Assembly: GCA_948502395.1 (NCBI GenBank)
Contig: CAOPES010000001.1
Span: forward strand, 64,957 to 128,956
From: an uncultured Clostridia bacterium
Lineage (GTDB): Bacteria; Bacillota; Clostridia; TANB77; CAG-508
DNA length: 64,000 nucleotides
Direction of reading: 5' to 3'
The notes under the pieces were generated by a model. The model did no database searches. It saw only the letters and a list, made by a program, of their open reading frames with translations, and was not told where the DNA came from. The position numbers and the translations under genes are program-made. Shown piece after piece: positions 9,557 through 19,123 of the stretch. Each line of letters opens with the position of its first letter. Positions within the stretch are counted from its first letter, which is position 1.

Positions 9557-9711
9557 ATGATTTTCTCCCCTTTAAAATAATAATTATATAAAAAGACGGA
9601 AAGTAAAGGCTTTGATTGAACAAATTCCTAAATTTTCCAGTCATTATAATAATATAAACCATAATTCGACAAATGTCAAGAGATATTTACAAAATTATCC
9701 AGTTATAACTA

Positions 9712-9936
9712 TTATTTGATATAGCTTAAAACTTGTATATTTATAAAATTTAGCATAGCTTGTACATTTGTATAATCAACTTTTATATTTGTGATATTAT
9801 TTTCTTCTATATAATCCTTAACAGTACTAGCGATATAATTAAAATTGATGTATCTTTCGTCTTCCTTTTTTAAAGTACCTATTTTAGATTTTATATCTGA
9901 TTCCATTATTTTGGCGAGTTTTTCAATATTTTTCAT
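9712..9936 (-). CDS. hypothetical small protein (74 aa)
   Basis: ORF between the 209-aa ORF and the orphan LytTR gene, on the same strand, so likely co-transcribed. Confidence 0.35.
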   Translation of the reverse strand: MKNIEKLAKIMESDIKSKIGTLKKEDERYINFNYIASTVKDYIEENNITNIKVDYTNVQAMLNFINIQVLSYIK

Positions 9937-9954
9937 AATTACACTCTCCTTATA

Positions 9955-10584
9955 CTAGCGTTCTATTTCATCATAACAGTCATCTGCATTTTTAACATAG
10001 CCATCTTGCGTAGGACCACCAATGTTCTTAATTCCGTATCTTCTTGTTTGAGATTTAAAATCTCTTTTAAAGCTAATTGTTTCAATATTTTTTCCAACAT
10101 CTTCTCTTAATTGTGCTAATCCAGTTTCTTTAACTTCTTCAGGAGTTAAACTAGCAATAATTGAAGAGGTTTCAAAAAATAATTTACCTAAATTTTGACG
10201 TTCGTCAGAAGACAAATTCCTTATAAGTTTGATGTTATCTAAATAATTAATTCCATTTAGAGCAGAAAAATAAGCTCCATTTCCATTTAATTTTTTGATA
10301 TTTCTATTTAAAGTCATTGTTAAACGAATTCCTTCATCATGTTTAGTAGATCTTTTTTTATTTAAATCTTCCATTTCTGCACGGGTAGAGGGACTACTAT
10401 ATCCAGTAAATGCTTTTCTATAAGCAGTATGTTCCACAACAGCCATAGTATATTCAGCACAAGCATCAATCCACCTTAAAAAATCTTTTTTTGCCATAGG
10501 TTCATCATATTCATTAAAAGAAGAAATCAAATCTTTTATATCTTGTCTAAAATAAGCATACTTTTTTGTTCCCATAAAAATCAC
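9955..10584 (-). CDS. hypothetical protein (209 aa)
   Basis: ORF with RBS, preceded on the minus strand by an extended -10 TGGTATAAT. No family recognised. Confidence 0.5.
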   Translation of the reverse strand: MIFMGTKKYAYFRQDIKDLISSFNEYDEPMAKKDFLRWIDACAEYTMAVVEHTAYRKAFTGYSSPSTRAEMEDLNKKRSTKHDEGIRLTMTLNRNIKKLNGNGAYFSALNGINYLDNIKLIRNLSSDERQNLGKLFFETSSIIASLTPEEVKETGLAQLREDVGKNIETISFKRDFKSQTRRYGIKNIGGPTQDGYVKNADDCYDEIER

Positions 10585-10664
10585 CTCTACAAATATTATA
10601 CCATATTTTACAATTAAAGTAAAATGTGATATAATATTGATAGAGCCTAGGAGGAGGAAAGTTC

Positions 10665-10874
10665 ATGTACAATAAGAAATTAGAACAACTGCTGGAAACT
10701 TATGAACATTTGATCAAGGAGAAAACTCATATTGAGATTACTCCATACTCTAATTCCGAACTTCAGGAAAGAGTAGAAGCATATTTGGGAAGAAAAGTTG
10801 ATTTCACCAGAGAGCAAATGGTTAAGCTTGTTTGTGATGAAGTGAACAAACGTCTACCAAATTATACTTCGTAA
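10665..10874 (+). CDS. hypothetical small protein (69 aa)
   Basis: ORF with RBS aggaggagg and a divergent promoter TGTGATATAAT. Followed by a T-rich terminator-like sequence. Confidence 0.4.
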   Translation: MYNKKLEQLLETYEHLIKEKTHIEITPYSNSELQERVEAYLGRKVDFTREQMVKLVCDEVNKRLPNYTS

Positions 10875-11007
10875 AGAACCAAAATATTTGGTTCTTTTTT
10901 TGTGTATATATTCAACATCACTTAAATATAATTAAAAAAAGACAAATAATATACACAAATAGAAATTCATTCTAATTTGTGCCTTTAAGGGAGGAATGAG
11001 ACTAAAA

Positions 11008-11811
11008 ATGAAAAAAATAAAAATAGGAACAATATTTCTATTAACAATAGGAATATTCTCATTATCAGTAATATCAATGCAAAAAGGCAAAAGTACAATA
11101 AGCACAAACAGTGAGCCACTCAGCAACAAAAAAATAGGGTGGGGAATAAAAAGAAACGACAACCACGACCAGCCAGACGTAGGAGCAGACCGAAAGAAAG
11201 TACTAGAAGCAAACAACGGAATATGCTTAGGAAACAAAGACAAAAAATACATATACCTAACATTTGACGAAGGATATGAAGCAGGATACACACCCAAAAT
11301 ATTAGAAACACTAAAAGCAAATGATGTAAAAGCAACCTTTTTCCTAACAGCACACTTTATCAACACACAAGAAGGACTAGTAAAACAAATGATAGAAGAA
11401 GGGCATATAGTTGGAAATCACACAGTAAACCACAAAAGTATGCCAGACTTAAACGAAGAACAAATCAACTCAGAAGTAATGAAACTACATCAAACAATAC
11501 AAGAAAAATTTGGATATGAAATGAAATACATAAGACCACCAAAAGGAGAATTCAGTGAAAAAACGTTAAGTGTAACAAGTTCACTAGGATACAAAACAGT
11601 AATGTGGTCATTTGCATATGAAGACTGGAACGAAGACAAACAGCCAGACGAAGAAAAATCAAAAAAGAAGATATTAGACAACTTGCATAATGGAGAAATA
11701 ATGCTACTACACGGAAACTCAAAAACAAATACAAATGTATTAGATAGTGTAATAAAAGAAGCAAAAAATATGGGATATGAATTCAAATCATTAGATGAAT
11801 TTGAGAAATAG
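11008..11811 (+). CDS. polysaccharide deacetylase (NodB-homology; PdaA-like sporulation peptidoglycan N-deacetylase)
   Basis: Motifs YLTFDEGY, TFFLTAHFI and HIVGNHTVNH, plus a signal peptide/TM at the N-terminus. Confidence 0.75.
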   Translation: MKKIKIGTIFLLTIGIFSLSVISMQKGKSTISTNSEPLSNKKIGWGIKRNDNHDQPDVGADRKKVLEANNGICLGNKDKKYIYLTFDEGYEAGYTPKILETLKANDVKATFFLTAHFINTQEGLVKQMIEEGHIVGNHTVNHKSMPDLNEEQINSEVMKLHQTIQEKFGYEMKYIRPPKGEFSEKTLSVTSSLGYKTVMWSFAYEDWNEDKQPDEEKSKKKILDNLHNGEIMLLHGNSKTNTNVLDSVIKEAKNMGYEFKSLDEFEK

Positions 11812-11820
11812 GGAGGCAAA

Positions 11821-12102
11821 ATGAAAAAAAATAACAATAGATTAGATAGATTATTAGAATTACCAAAAGAAGTATATTCTAATGTACCAAAAGTAATAAT
11901 TACAGGATTTGACGAATTAATAGTAGAAAACTTTAAAGGAATATTAGAATATGAAGAATACTACGTAAGAATAAACACACACATAGGAATAATAAATGTA
12001 AACGGATATGGTCTAGATTTAGAAAATATGACAAATGATGATATAAAAGTTAAAGGAAAAATAGAAAGCATTGATATAGAAAGAACAATAGATGAAGGTT
12101 AA
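11821..12102 (+). CDS. yqfC: YqfC/YabP-family sporulation protein
   Basis: 93 aa. The pattern ITGFDELIVENFKGILEY...VKGKIESIDIE matches the YabP/YqfC fold family. It precedes a yqfD-like gene and ybeY, as in Bacillus. Confidence 0.6.
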   Translation: MKKNNNRLDRLLELPKEVYSNVPKVIITGFDELIVENFKGILEYEEYYVRINTHIGIINVNGYGLDLENMTNDDIKVKGKIESIDIERTIDEG

Positions 12103-12113
12103 AGGAGAAAACA

Positions 12114-13298
12114 ATGTTTATAAAGATATTATTAAGCTATTTGCTGGGATATTTAAGAATATCAGTAGAAGGATATTATATAGAAAGATTTATCAACATA
12201 TGTAAAACAAAGAAAATAACAATATGGAACTTAAAAAGAAGCAAAGACATACAGTTATATTTAAATGTAAGAATTGGAGAATTTAAAGAAGTATGTAAAA
12301 TTGCCAGAAAAACACAATGCAAAGTAAAAATAAAAAGTAAAAAAGGATTTCCATTTTTATTAAATAAATATAAAAAAAGAAAAATCTTTTTGATATTATT
12401 ATTTTTTATGATAGTGCTAATTGGGTTATCATCTAACTTTGTATGGAATGTGGATATTGTAGAAGAAAATAATAACGAAATGGAAAATATAGTACAAGAT
12501 ATTGAAAATGCAGGCTTAAAGACAGGAACACTAAAAAACAAAATAAACACAAAAGAGATAATAAACAAAATAAGGCTTCAAAGAAAAGATATTGCATGGA
12601 TGGGAATAGAACTAAAAGGAACAAATGCAATTGTAAAATTAGTAAAAGCAGAAGAAAAGCCAGATATTATTGACGAAAATGAATATTGCAGTATTGTATC
12701 AGACAAAACAGGAATTATTACAAAAATAAATGCACAAAGTGGAACTGCAAATGTAAAAGTTGGAGATACAATAAAGGCAGGAGACACATTAATAAATGGT
12801 TGGATGGAAGGAAAATTTACAGGTGTTAGATATGTACACGCAAAAGGCGAAATAGAAGCAAAAATATGGCACACAAAGAGTAAAAAAATTCCGTATAACA
12901 CTACGGAAAAAAGAGATACAGGGCAAGTTGAGAACAAGTATGCAATAAAAATAAATAATTTTGTAATAAATTTGTCAAAAAAGCTTTCAAAATTTGAAAT
13001 TTATGATACAATAGACACAGAAAATAAATTTAAGATATTTTCAGATTTTTATTTACCAATTTCGATAATAAAAACAACAAATAAAGAACAAGAAGAAATA
13101 GCAAAATCTTATAATTTAGAAGAAGCTAAAAACATAGGGATAGAAGAACTTCAAAAAGAATTAGATGAAGAGATTGAAAATAAAGAGAAAATAGTAAACA
13201 AAAACATAAACACATACGAAAAGGAAGACGGCGTAGAAGTTTTTGTTACATATGAAGTGCTAGAAAACGTAGGGACAAATGAAAAAATCATATTTTGA
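12114..13298 (+). CDS. yqfD: YqfD-like sporulation protein (stage IV sporulation), single TM
   Basis: 394 aa with one TM helix around residue 90 and synteny with yqfC. Confidence 0.55.
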   Translation: MFIKILLSYLLGYLRISVEGYYIERFINICKTKKITIWNLKRSKDIQLYLNVRIGEFKEVCKIARKTQCKVKIKSKKGFPFLLNKYKKRKIFLILLFFMIVLIGLSSNFVWNVDIVEENNNEMENIVQDIENAGLKTGTLKNKINTKEIINKIRLQRKDIAWMGIELKGTNAIVKLVKAEEKPDIIDENEYCSIVSDKTGIITKINAQSGTANVKVGDTIKAGDTLINGWMEGKFTGVRYVHAKGEIEAKIWHTKSKKIPYNTTEKRDTGQVENKYAIKINNFVINLSKKLSKFEIYDTIDTENKFKIFSDFYLPISIIKTTNKEQEEIAKSYNLEEAKNIGIEELQKELDEEIENKEKIVNKNINTYEKEDGVEVFVTYEVLENVGTNEKIIF

Positions 13299-13311
13299 AG
13301 GGATGATATAA

Positions 13312-14523
13312 ATGGAAGAAAGAAGCCTTAGAATAACAGGAGCAGACGGAACATTTTTTAATAAAATAACAAAAACTTTAACAAAAATATTAATACCAAC
13401 AAAAATAGGAATTAACGGAATGTTAATTTCAATAAAAAGAAATAACGTAATAAAAGCATTTGAAAACTTTAAAAACGAAGACACAAATTATGATAGAGAC
13501 GTGCTAGAGAAAAAATATGATACTGCATATGAAGCTTATTTAGATGCATTAGATAAATATGTAATGGACTCAATATATAAAAAAGTAAGAAACGGAACAG
13601 CGTCAGAATTCGAAAAAAATGCAATGTCAAAATATTATGAAGTAACAAGCCTAAAAGAAAATGAATTTATAGAATACAAAAACAGAAAACAAAAATACCT
13701 AATAGACTTAGACTATGAAGGAATAAAAGAAGGAACAAAAGAAAAATTAAAAGAAAAATACAATCAATTTTATATTTCAAAAATGGATTCACTATATAAA
13801 GCAATCTTAAAAAACTACTCAATAAAAGTAGCAGATACAACAAATACATATGACTCCGCAAAAGAATGGATATACACAAAAATTTTCTATACATTAGAAG
13901 ATTATATAAAAAATATACTATCACTAAAAATAGAAATAGGCTATGGTGACAACTTAAAAGAAGTAATGGCAGATTATGAAAAATTTGAAACATACTGTGT
14001 TGGAAAATTAGACACAAAAGACAATATCGAAAAAAATATGATATTACTAGGAATAAGCAGGAAATTATTCACACACAGTTTACCACTAATAGTTGCAGAA
14101 CAATGTTATGAAAAACTATTAAAAGACGCAAGAAACTTAGTGCAAGACACTAAAATTGCAGCAAAAAGAGAAAAGACATATTCAATGTTAATAAATTTAA
14201 TAGAAGACTACAATATAAAACTATTATCAACAAAAGTATATTGGGAATCAACAAAACAAAGAGAAGAATATAAAAAATTCTGGAACAAGTATAAAGAAAT
14301 ATCAAAATTAAAAGAAAAAGATTTTATAGAATATATAAAACAAAAAGAGATATTATTTATAAAAGACGATATAAAGAAATTAGACAAAGGAAAAATTGAT
14401 TATAGCAAACTAGAAAAATACTATAAAAGAAAATTAGTAGATTATGGAGCTATAAGAGAAATAAGAAATTCATATAAATCAGAAGGAAAATACATAAAAC
14501 AACTAGAAAGTGTAGAACTATAA
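13312..14523 (+). CDS. hypothetical protein (403 aa, K/E/Y-rich, no TM, no P-loop)
   Basis: Occupies the position where phoH is found in Bacillus, but lacks a Walker A motif. Confidence 0.5.
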   Translation: MEERSLRITGADGTFFNKITKTLTKILIPTKIGINGMLISIKRNNVIKAFENFKNEDTNYDRDVLEKKYDTAYEAYLDALDKYVMDSIYKKVRNGTASEFEKNAMSKYYEVTSLKENEFIEYKNRKQKYLIDLDYEGIKEGTKEKLKEKYNQFYISKMDSLYKAILKNYSIKVADTTNTYDSAKEWIYTKIFYTLEDYIKNILSLKIEIGYGDNLKEVMADYEKFETYCVGKLDTKDNIEKNMILLGISRKLFTHSLPLIVAEQCYEKLLKDARNLVQDTKIAAKREKTYSMLINLIEDYNIKLLSTKVYWESTKQREEYKKFWNKYKEISKLKEKDFIEYIKQKEILFIKDDIKKLDKGKIDYSKLEKYYKRKLVDYGAIREIRNSYKSEGKYIKQLESVEL

Positions 14524-14541
14524 AAGTAAAGGAAAGACAGA

Positions 14542-15015
14542 ATGTTTGAAATAATTTATAAAGAAATAGAAGAAAAAGAAGAATATGAAAAAATAATAAA
14601 AAGAGTTTTAGAACAATGTTTCAAAGAAGAAAAACTACTAAACTCAAAGTTATATATAACAATAACATTAACAAACCCAGAGAATATAAAAGAAATAAAT
14701 AAACAATATAGGAACATAGAAAGAGCAACAGATGTTCTTTCATTTCCTATGTTCGAAAAAGACGAGCTAGAACAAAAAATACAAAATGAAGATTTTGAAT
14801 ATCCAGATGTACTAGGAGATATCATAATATCAATAGAAAAAGTAGAAGAACAAGCAAAAGAGTATGAGCATAGTTTTGAAAGAGAATTAAGCTATATGAT
14901 AGTACACGGATTTTATCACTTAATGGGATATGACCACATAAAAGAAGAAGACAAAAAGAATATGAGACCAAAAGAAGAAAAAATCTTAAACGACTTAAAG
15001 ATAAAAAGAAATTAG
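14542..15015 (+). CDS. ybeY: rRNA maturation RNase YbeY
   Basis: 157 aa with the HGFYHLMGYDH metal-binding motif. Confidence 0.85.
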   Translation: MFEIIYKEIEEKEEYEKIIKRVLEQCFKEEKLLNSKLYITITLTNPENIKEINKQYRNIERATDVLSFPMFEKDELEQKIQNEDFEYPDVLGDIIISIEKVEEQAKEYEHSFERELSYMIVHGFYHLMGYDHIKEEDKKNMRPKEEKILNDLKIKRN

Positions 15016-15087
15016 AATAAGCTAATCTATAAGCAAGCATATATAAGATAAGACAAAAATATAGAAAAGCAAGTTAGGAGAAAAATT

Positions 15088-16170
15088 ATGAGAACAAGTG
15101 AAAAAGGTGGAACAAAAGCACTATTTATAATATTAATAATATTAGTAATTGCAGCAGGAGGAGTACTTGCATACAAAATAGTAAAAGATAAAGATAACAA
15201 AGAAGTAGCAACAGAAGAACAAAAAGATGTACTAGTTACAACAATAGAAGAAAAAGAAGTGCAAATATTTAAAGGTGATGACAGACCAATAGCAGTAATG
15301 ATCGACAACCACAAAGATGCTTGGCCACAAGGTGGAATACAAAAAGCATATATGGTGTATGAAATAATAGCAGAAGGTGGAGAAACAAGACTAATGGCAC
15401 TATTCAAAGGACAAGAAATAGACGAAATTGGACCAGTAAGAAGTGCTAGACATTATTTTATAGACTATGTAATGGAAAATGACGCAATATACACACACTT
15501 TGGACAAAGTCCACAAGCTCAAAGCGACTTAAAGAAATTTAGTATAGACGACATAAATGGAATAGCAGAAGACGGAACAACATTCTGGAGAACAAAATCA
15601 AAAGCAGCTCCACACAATGCAATGACAAGCACAGAAAAACTATTGCAATCAGCAAAAAACAAAAAATATAAAACAACATCAAAAGAAAAAAGCGTATTAA
15701 ACTATGTAACAGACGAAGTAAATTTGGAGAATGGCCAAGGAGCAATTAGTATAACAATACCACACTCTAACCTACAAACAGTAGAATACAAATATGACGC
15801 AGAAAATAAAGTATATGAAAGATATGCAAGAAACAAAAAACAAACAGACTTAAACACAAAAGAAGCAATAACAGTAAAAAATATAATTATAACATTCTGT
15901 GAAAATTACACATTAACAGATAAAGAAAACAAAGGAAGACAAGGTTTAAAAAATATCGGAACATTTGACGGATATTACATAACAAACGGAAAAGCAATCA
16001 AAATAAAATGCGAAAAAACAGCAAGAGACGAAAAAACAGTATATAAAGACTTAGACGGAAACATAATAGAAGTAAATGATGGAAACACATTTGTAAATAT
16101 ATGTGCACCTGATGCAAAAGTAGTCATAGAAGCACCAGCTGAAATGGAAGACGAACAACCAGTAGCATAA
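15088..16170 (+). CDS. DUF3048-family (YerB-like) membrane-anchored protein
   Basis: N-terminal TM. Segment PIAVMIDNHKDAWPQGGIQKAYMVYEIIAEGGETRLMALF matches the DUF3048 signature. Confidence 0.55.
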   Translation: MRTSEKGGTKALFIILIILVIAAGGVLAYKIVKDKDNKEVATEEQKDVLVTTIEEKEVQIFKGDDRPIAVMIDNHKDAWPQGGIQKAYMVYEIIAEGGETRLMALFKGQEIDEIGPVRSARHYFIDYVMENDAIYTHFGQSPQAQSDLKKFSIDDINGIAEDGTTFWRTKSKAAPHNAMTSTEKLLQSAKNKKYKTTSKEKSVLNYVTDEVNLENGQGAISITIPHSNLQTVEYKYDAENKVYERYARNKKQTDLNTKEAITVKNIIITFCENYTLTDKENKGRQGLKNIGTFDGYYITNGKAIKIKCEKTARDEKTVYKDLDGNIIEVNDGNTFVNICAPDAKVVIEAPAEMEDEQPVA

Positions 16171-16196
16171 AAGGTGAAAAGAAAGAAGGAGAAAAA

Positions 16197-16529
16197 ATGA
16201 ACATATATGATACAGCTAATAGATTAGCACAAGAAATAAAACAATCAGAAGAATATATGAATTATAAAATGGCAAAACAAACATTAAACTTAAACACAAG
16301 TTTAAAGGAAAAAATGGTGGACTTTGATAAACTTAGATATGAAGTTCAAATAGAAATGATGCAAACAGGAAAAAATGACGAAGAAAAATATAAAAAAATG
16401 CAAGAACTATATGCAGAACTAATTGAGAACAGTGAAGCAAAAAGTTTCTTCGAAGCAGAAACAAAATTCAATGTAATGATTGCAGATGTAAACAAAATAA
16501 TAGGTGAGGCAATAAGAGACGTGATGTAA
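16197..16529 (+). CDS. YlbF/YmcA (UPF0342) family regulatory protein
   Basis: 110 aa with N-terminus MNIYDTANRLAQEIKQSEEY. Confidence 0.5.
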   Translation: MNIYDTANRLAQEIKQSEEYMNYKMAKQTLNLNTSLKEKMVDFDKLRYEVQIEMMQTGKNDEEKYKKMQELYAELIENSEAKSFFEAETKFNVMIADVNKIIGEAIRDVM

Positions 16530-16532
16530 AGA

Positions 16533-16630
16533 ACATTTGGGACAATTGGGGACGTTTCTTTTTGGACAAAATGTCCATTAGGAAACGTCCCAGATGGACA
16601 TTTTGTCCACTTTGGGACACATCTATCTAT
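16533..16630. repeat. GGGACA-word palindromic repeat element
   Basis: Sequence acatttgggacaattggggacgtttctttttggacaaaatgtccattaggaaacgtcccagatggacattttgtccactttgggacacatctat, made of nested inverted repeats. Near-identical to the copy at 3268-3322. Confidence 0.7.
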
Positions 16631-16645
16631 TTTAAAGGAGAAAGT

Positions 16646-17335
16646 ATGGAATTTATAATAATTGCAATAATTTCGGTAATATGTATCCTTATTTTAGGAT
16701 ACATATTTGATTATAATATGAAAAAAATCAAGCATATAGCAGATGATAAAGAACTAGATGAAGTTGCTAAAAAGTATCCAAACAACATACAAATGTGTAA
16801 ATATTATCTTAAAAAATTGAATAATGAAAAAGTGAAAATAGAAGAAAATACCGAAAGTGAAGCTAGCTTATACATAGCAATTACTGACAAAATTTCTATT
16901 GCAAATATAAGTAATACATATACAAGAATTCAAACTATTGCACATGAGTGTTTACATTCAATTCAAAATAGAAAAATATTGATGTTTAATTTTATATTTT
17001 CAAATATATATATTTTATATTTTATTGTAATTTGTGCATTAGGATTGTTTAAAGTGTTGCCATATAAAATGATGTTTTTATCAATTTTTTTGATTTTGAG
17101 TTTGATTTATTATGTGGTTAGAATTTATTTGGAAAATGATGCTATGATTAAGGCTAGATATTTAGCAAAAGATTATATGGAAGATGTTAAAATTTCTGAT
17201 AAAGATGAGATTGATAGATTAGTCAATGGTTTTGATAAGATTAATGAAGTGGGGATTAAGTGTGTCAATTACAGTTTTTTCTTAAATATTATGATTAAAG
17301 TCTTGATATTTTCAGTTATTTGTATAATAAGATAA
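16646..17335 (+). CDS. membrane protein with HExxH motif (putative zinc metallopeptidase)
   Basis: N-terminal TM and C-terminal TMs with an AHECLHSIQ motif. The track start at 16562 would span the repeat, so ATG 16646 is preferred. Confidence 0.4.
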   Translation: MEFIIIAIISVICILILGYIFDYNMKKIKHIADDKELDEVAKKYPNNIQMCKYYLKKLNNEKVKIEENTESEASLYIAITDKISIANISNTYTRIQTIAHECLHSIQNRKILMFNFIFSNIYILYFIVICALGLFKVLPYKMMFLSIFLILSLIYYVVRIYLENDAMIKARYLAKDYMEDVKISDKDEIDRLVNGFDKINEVGIKCVNYSFFLNIMIKVLIFSVICIIR

Positions 17336-17362
17336 CAAAAAACCGCAATATGCTTTGCGGTT

Positions 17363-17911
17363 CTATTTATCTTTTAATAATAAATTTAACATTTCTGGGT
17401 AAATTGTTTTTGCATTTTTGTTCCAGTTATCAACAATGCGTTTAGCTCTTTCACGAGAGCCTGCAAAAGTTCTAACTTCAAAAATTGTTTCATTATTTTC
17501 TACAATTTTACATTTTATAGTATAATCATTCTCATTTTTTGGAATGAATTCAGCAATAACAGAAGACTCTTCTTCAATTAAAGCAAATTCTTTTTCAAAA
17601 ATATTATCTGCTTTTAATTTCATAAGTCCTGGTAATACGTCTTTTGTAAGAATATATGCATTTTTCCCTTCAGAAGTTATTCTGATAACTTGTTCTTCTT
17701 CTTTTGTATATGTTCCTACTAGCTTTGAGTCAATTAAATCTGTTAGTACTTGTTTAAAATAAAAATAGTTAATATTATTTATAGATGTAATGATTTTAAA
17801 CAAATCATCTTGTCTTGTATCGTTATCTATTAGATTTAATATGTATAAGATTAAAACCTTATTTTCTGCCAAAGTAGTAGCATTATTTGAATTTGAACTC
17901 ATAAATAGCAC
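17363..17911 (-). CDS. hypothetical protein (182 aa)
   Basis: ORF only. Confidence 0.45.
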   Translation of the reverse strand: MLFMSSNSNNATTLAENKVLILYILNLIDNDTRQDDLFKIITSINNINYFYFKQVLTDLIDSKLVGTYTKEEEQVIRITSEGKNAYILTKDVLPGLMKLKADNIFEKEFALIEEESSVIAEFIPKNENDYTIKCKIVENNETIFEVRTFAGSRERAKRIVDNWNKNAKTIYPEMLNLLLKDK

Positions 17912-18048
17912 TCCTTACTTTGCTTTCTTGTTGGAATTATATCACAACTTACAGAAAAAGTAAAATAATTATTGAAAAAAACTTTTAAAATTAAATAAAA
18001 AGTGATATACTATATCCGAAAAATTTTAACAATTAGGAGTGATGATTT

Positions 18049-19005
18049 ATGAAAAAAGGTAAAATTGTATTAGTAGGAGCAGGATTTGTCGGAATGAGTA
18101 TGGCATATTCTATGTTAAATAGAGGAGGTATAAATGAGCTTGTACTAGTAGACATTGATGAAAACAAAATTAAAGGTGAAGAAATGGATTTATCACATGG
18201 ATTACCATATGCACCACAAAAAATGATAATAAAAGCAGGAAACTATTCAGATTGTAAAGATGCACAAATAGTAGTAATAACAGCAGGAATAGCACAAAAA
18301 CCAGGTCAAACAAGATTAGAATTAGCAGAAGTAAACACAAAAATAATGAAACAAATAACAGAAAGTATAATGGCTAGTGGATTTGACGGGATTATAATAG
18401 TAGCAAGTAATCCAGTGGATTTAATGACACATGTTGTATCAGAAGTATCTGGACTACCAAAAAGTAGGGTAATTGGATCAGGAACAGTGCTAGACACAGC
18501 AAGACTACGTTATTTAATTGCAGATTATTTAAAAGTATCTAGTAAAAATGTGCATGCATACATAATGGGAGAACATGGAGATTCTTCATTTGTTCCTTGG
18601 AATCATGCATATATAGGATGTAAAAAAGTTGTAGATATAATGAAAGATAACAAACATCCAATGGAAGATTTAAATAAAATTCATGAAGGTGTTGTTAATG
18701 CAGCATATGAAATAATTGAAAAGAAAAGGGCAACATATTATGGAATAGGTATGGCTTTAAATAGATTAGTAAGAGCTATTTTAGATAATGAAAATTCTAT
18801 TTTGACAGTTTCTACTTATTTAAAAGATGGCCAATATGGTCAAAATGATATCTATATTGGTGTTCCAGCTATTATAAATAGCAAGGGGGTTAGAGAGCTG
18901 ATAGAACTTGATTTGAATGAAGATGAACAAGCTAAGTTAAATCATAGCTGTGGATTGATTAAAGAAATGAGAGAACAATCAATTGATAAAATTATAAAAG
19001 GATAA
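18049..19005 (+). CDS. ldh: L-lactate dehydrogenase
   Basis: N-terminus [17 protein letters not shown] with IMGEHGDSS and the catalytic region. Confidence 0.9.
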   Translation: MKKGKIVLVGAGFVGMSMAYSMLNRGGINELVLVDIDENKIKGEEMDLSHGLPYAPQKMIIKAGNYSDCKDAQIVVITAGIAQKPGQTRLELAEVNTKIMKQITESIMASGFDGIIIVASNPVDLMTHVVSEVSGLPKSRVIGSGTVLDTARLRYLIADYLKVSSKNVHAYIMGEHGDSSFVPWNHAYIGCKKVVDIMKDNKHPMEDLNKIHEGVVNAAYEIIEKKRATYYGIGMALNRLVRAILDNENSILTVSTYLKDGQYGQNDIYIGVPAIINSKGVRELIELDLNEDEQAKLNHSCGLIKEMREQSIDKIIKG

Positions 19006-19007
19006 AA

Positions 19008-19052
19008 ATACGATAGTCTAAAAAGTAAAAAATAACTTGTTTAGACTATCGT
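19008..19052 (+). terminator. rho-independent terminator of ldh
   Basis: Hairpin acgatagtctaaa...tttagactatcgt followed by T-rich sequence. Confidence 0.6.
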
Positions 19053-19060
19053 ATTAATTG

Positions 19061-19096
19061 TTGACGTAAAGCCTTTCTAAAAAGTAAAATTATAAT
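19061..19096 (+). promoter_or_regulatory. TTGACGTAA-type promoter (same module as upstream of the pilin-leader/FGE genes)
   Basis: TTGACG at 19061-19066, then a 17-nt spacer, then TAAAAT/TATAAT. Confidence 0.55.
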
Positions 19097-19123
19097 AAAA
19101 CTAAAATAGAAAGGTGGATAAAA

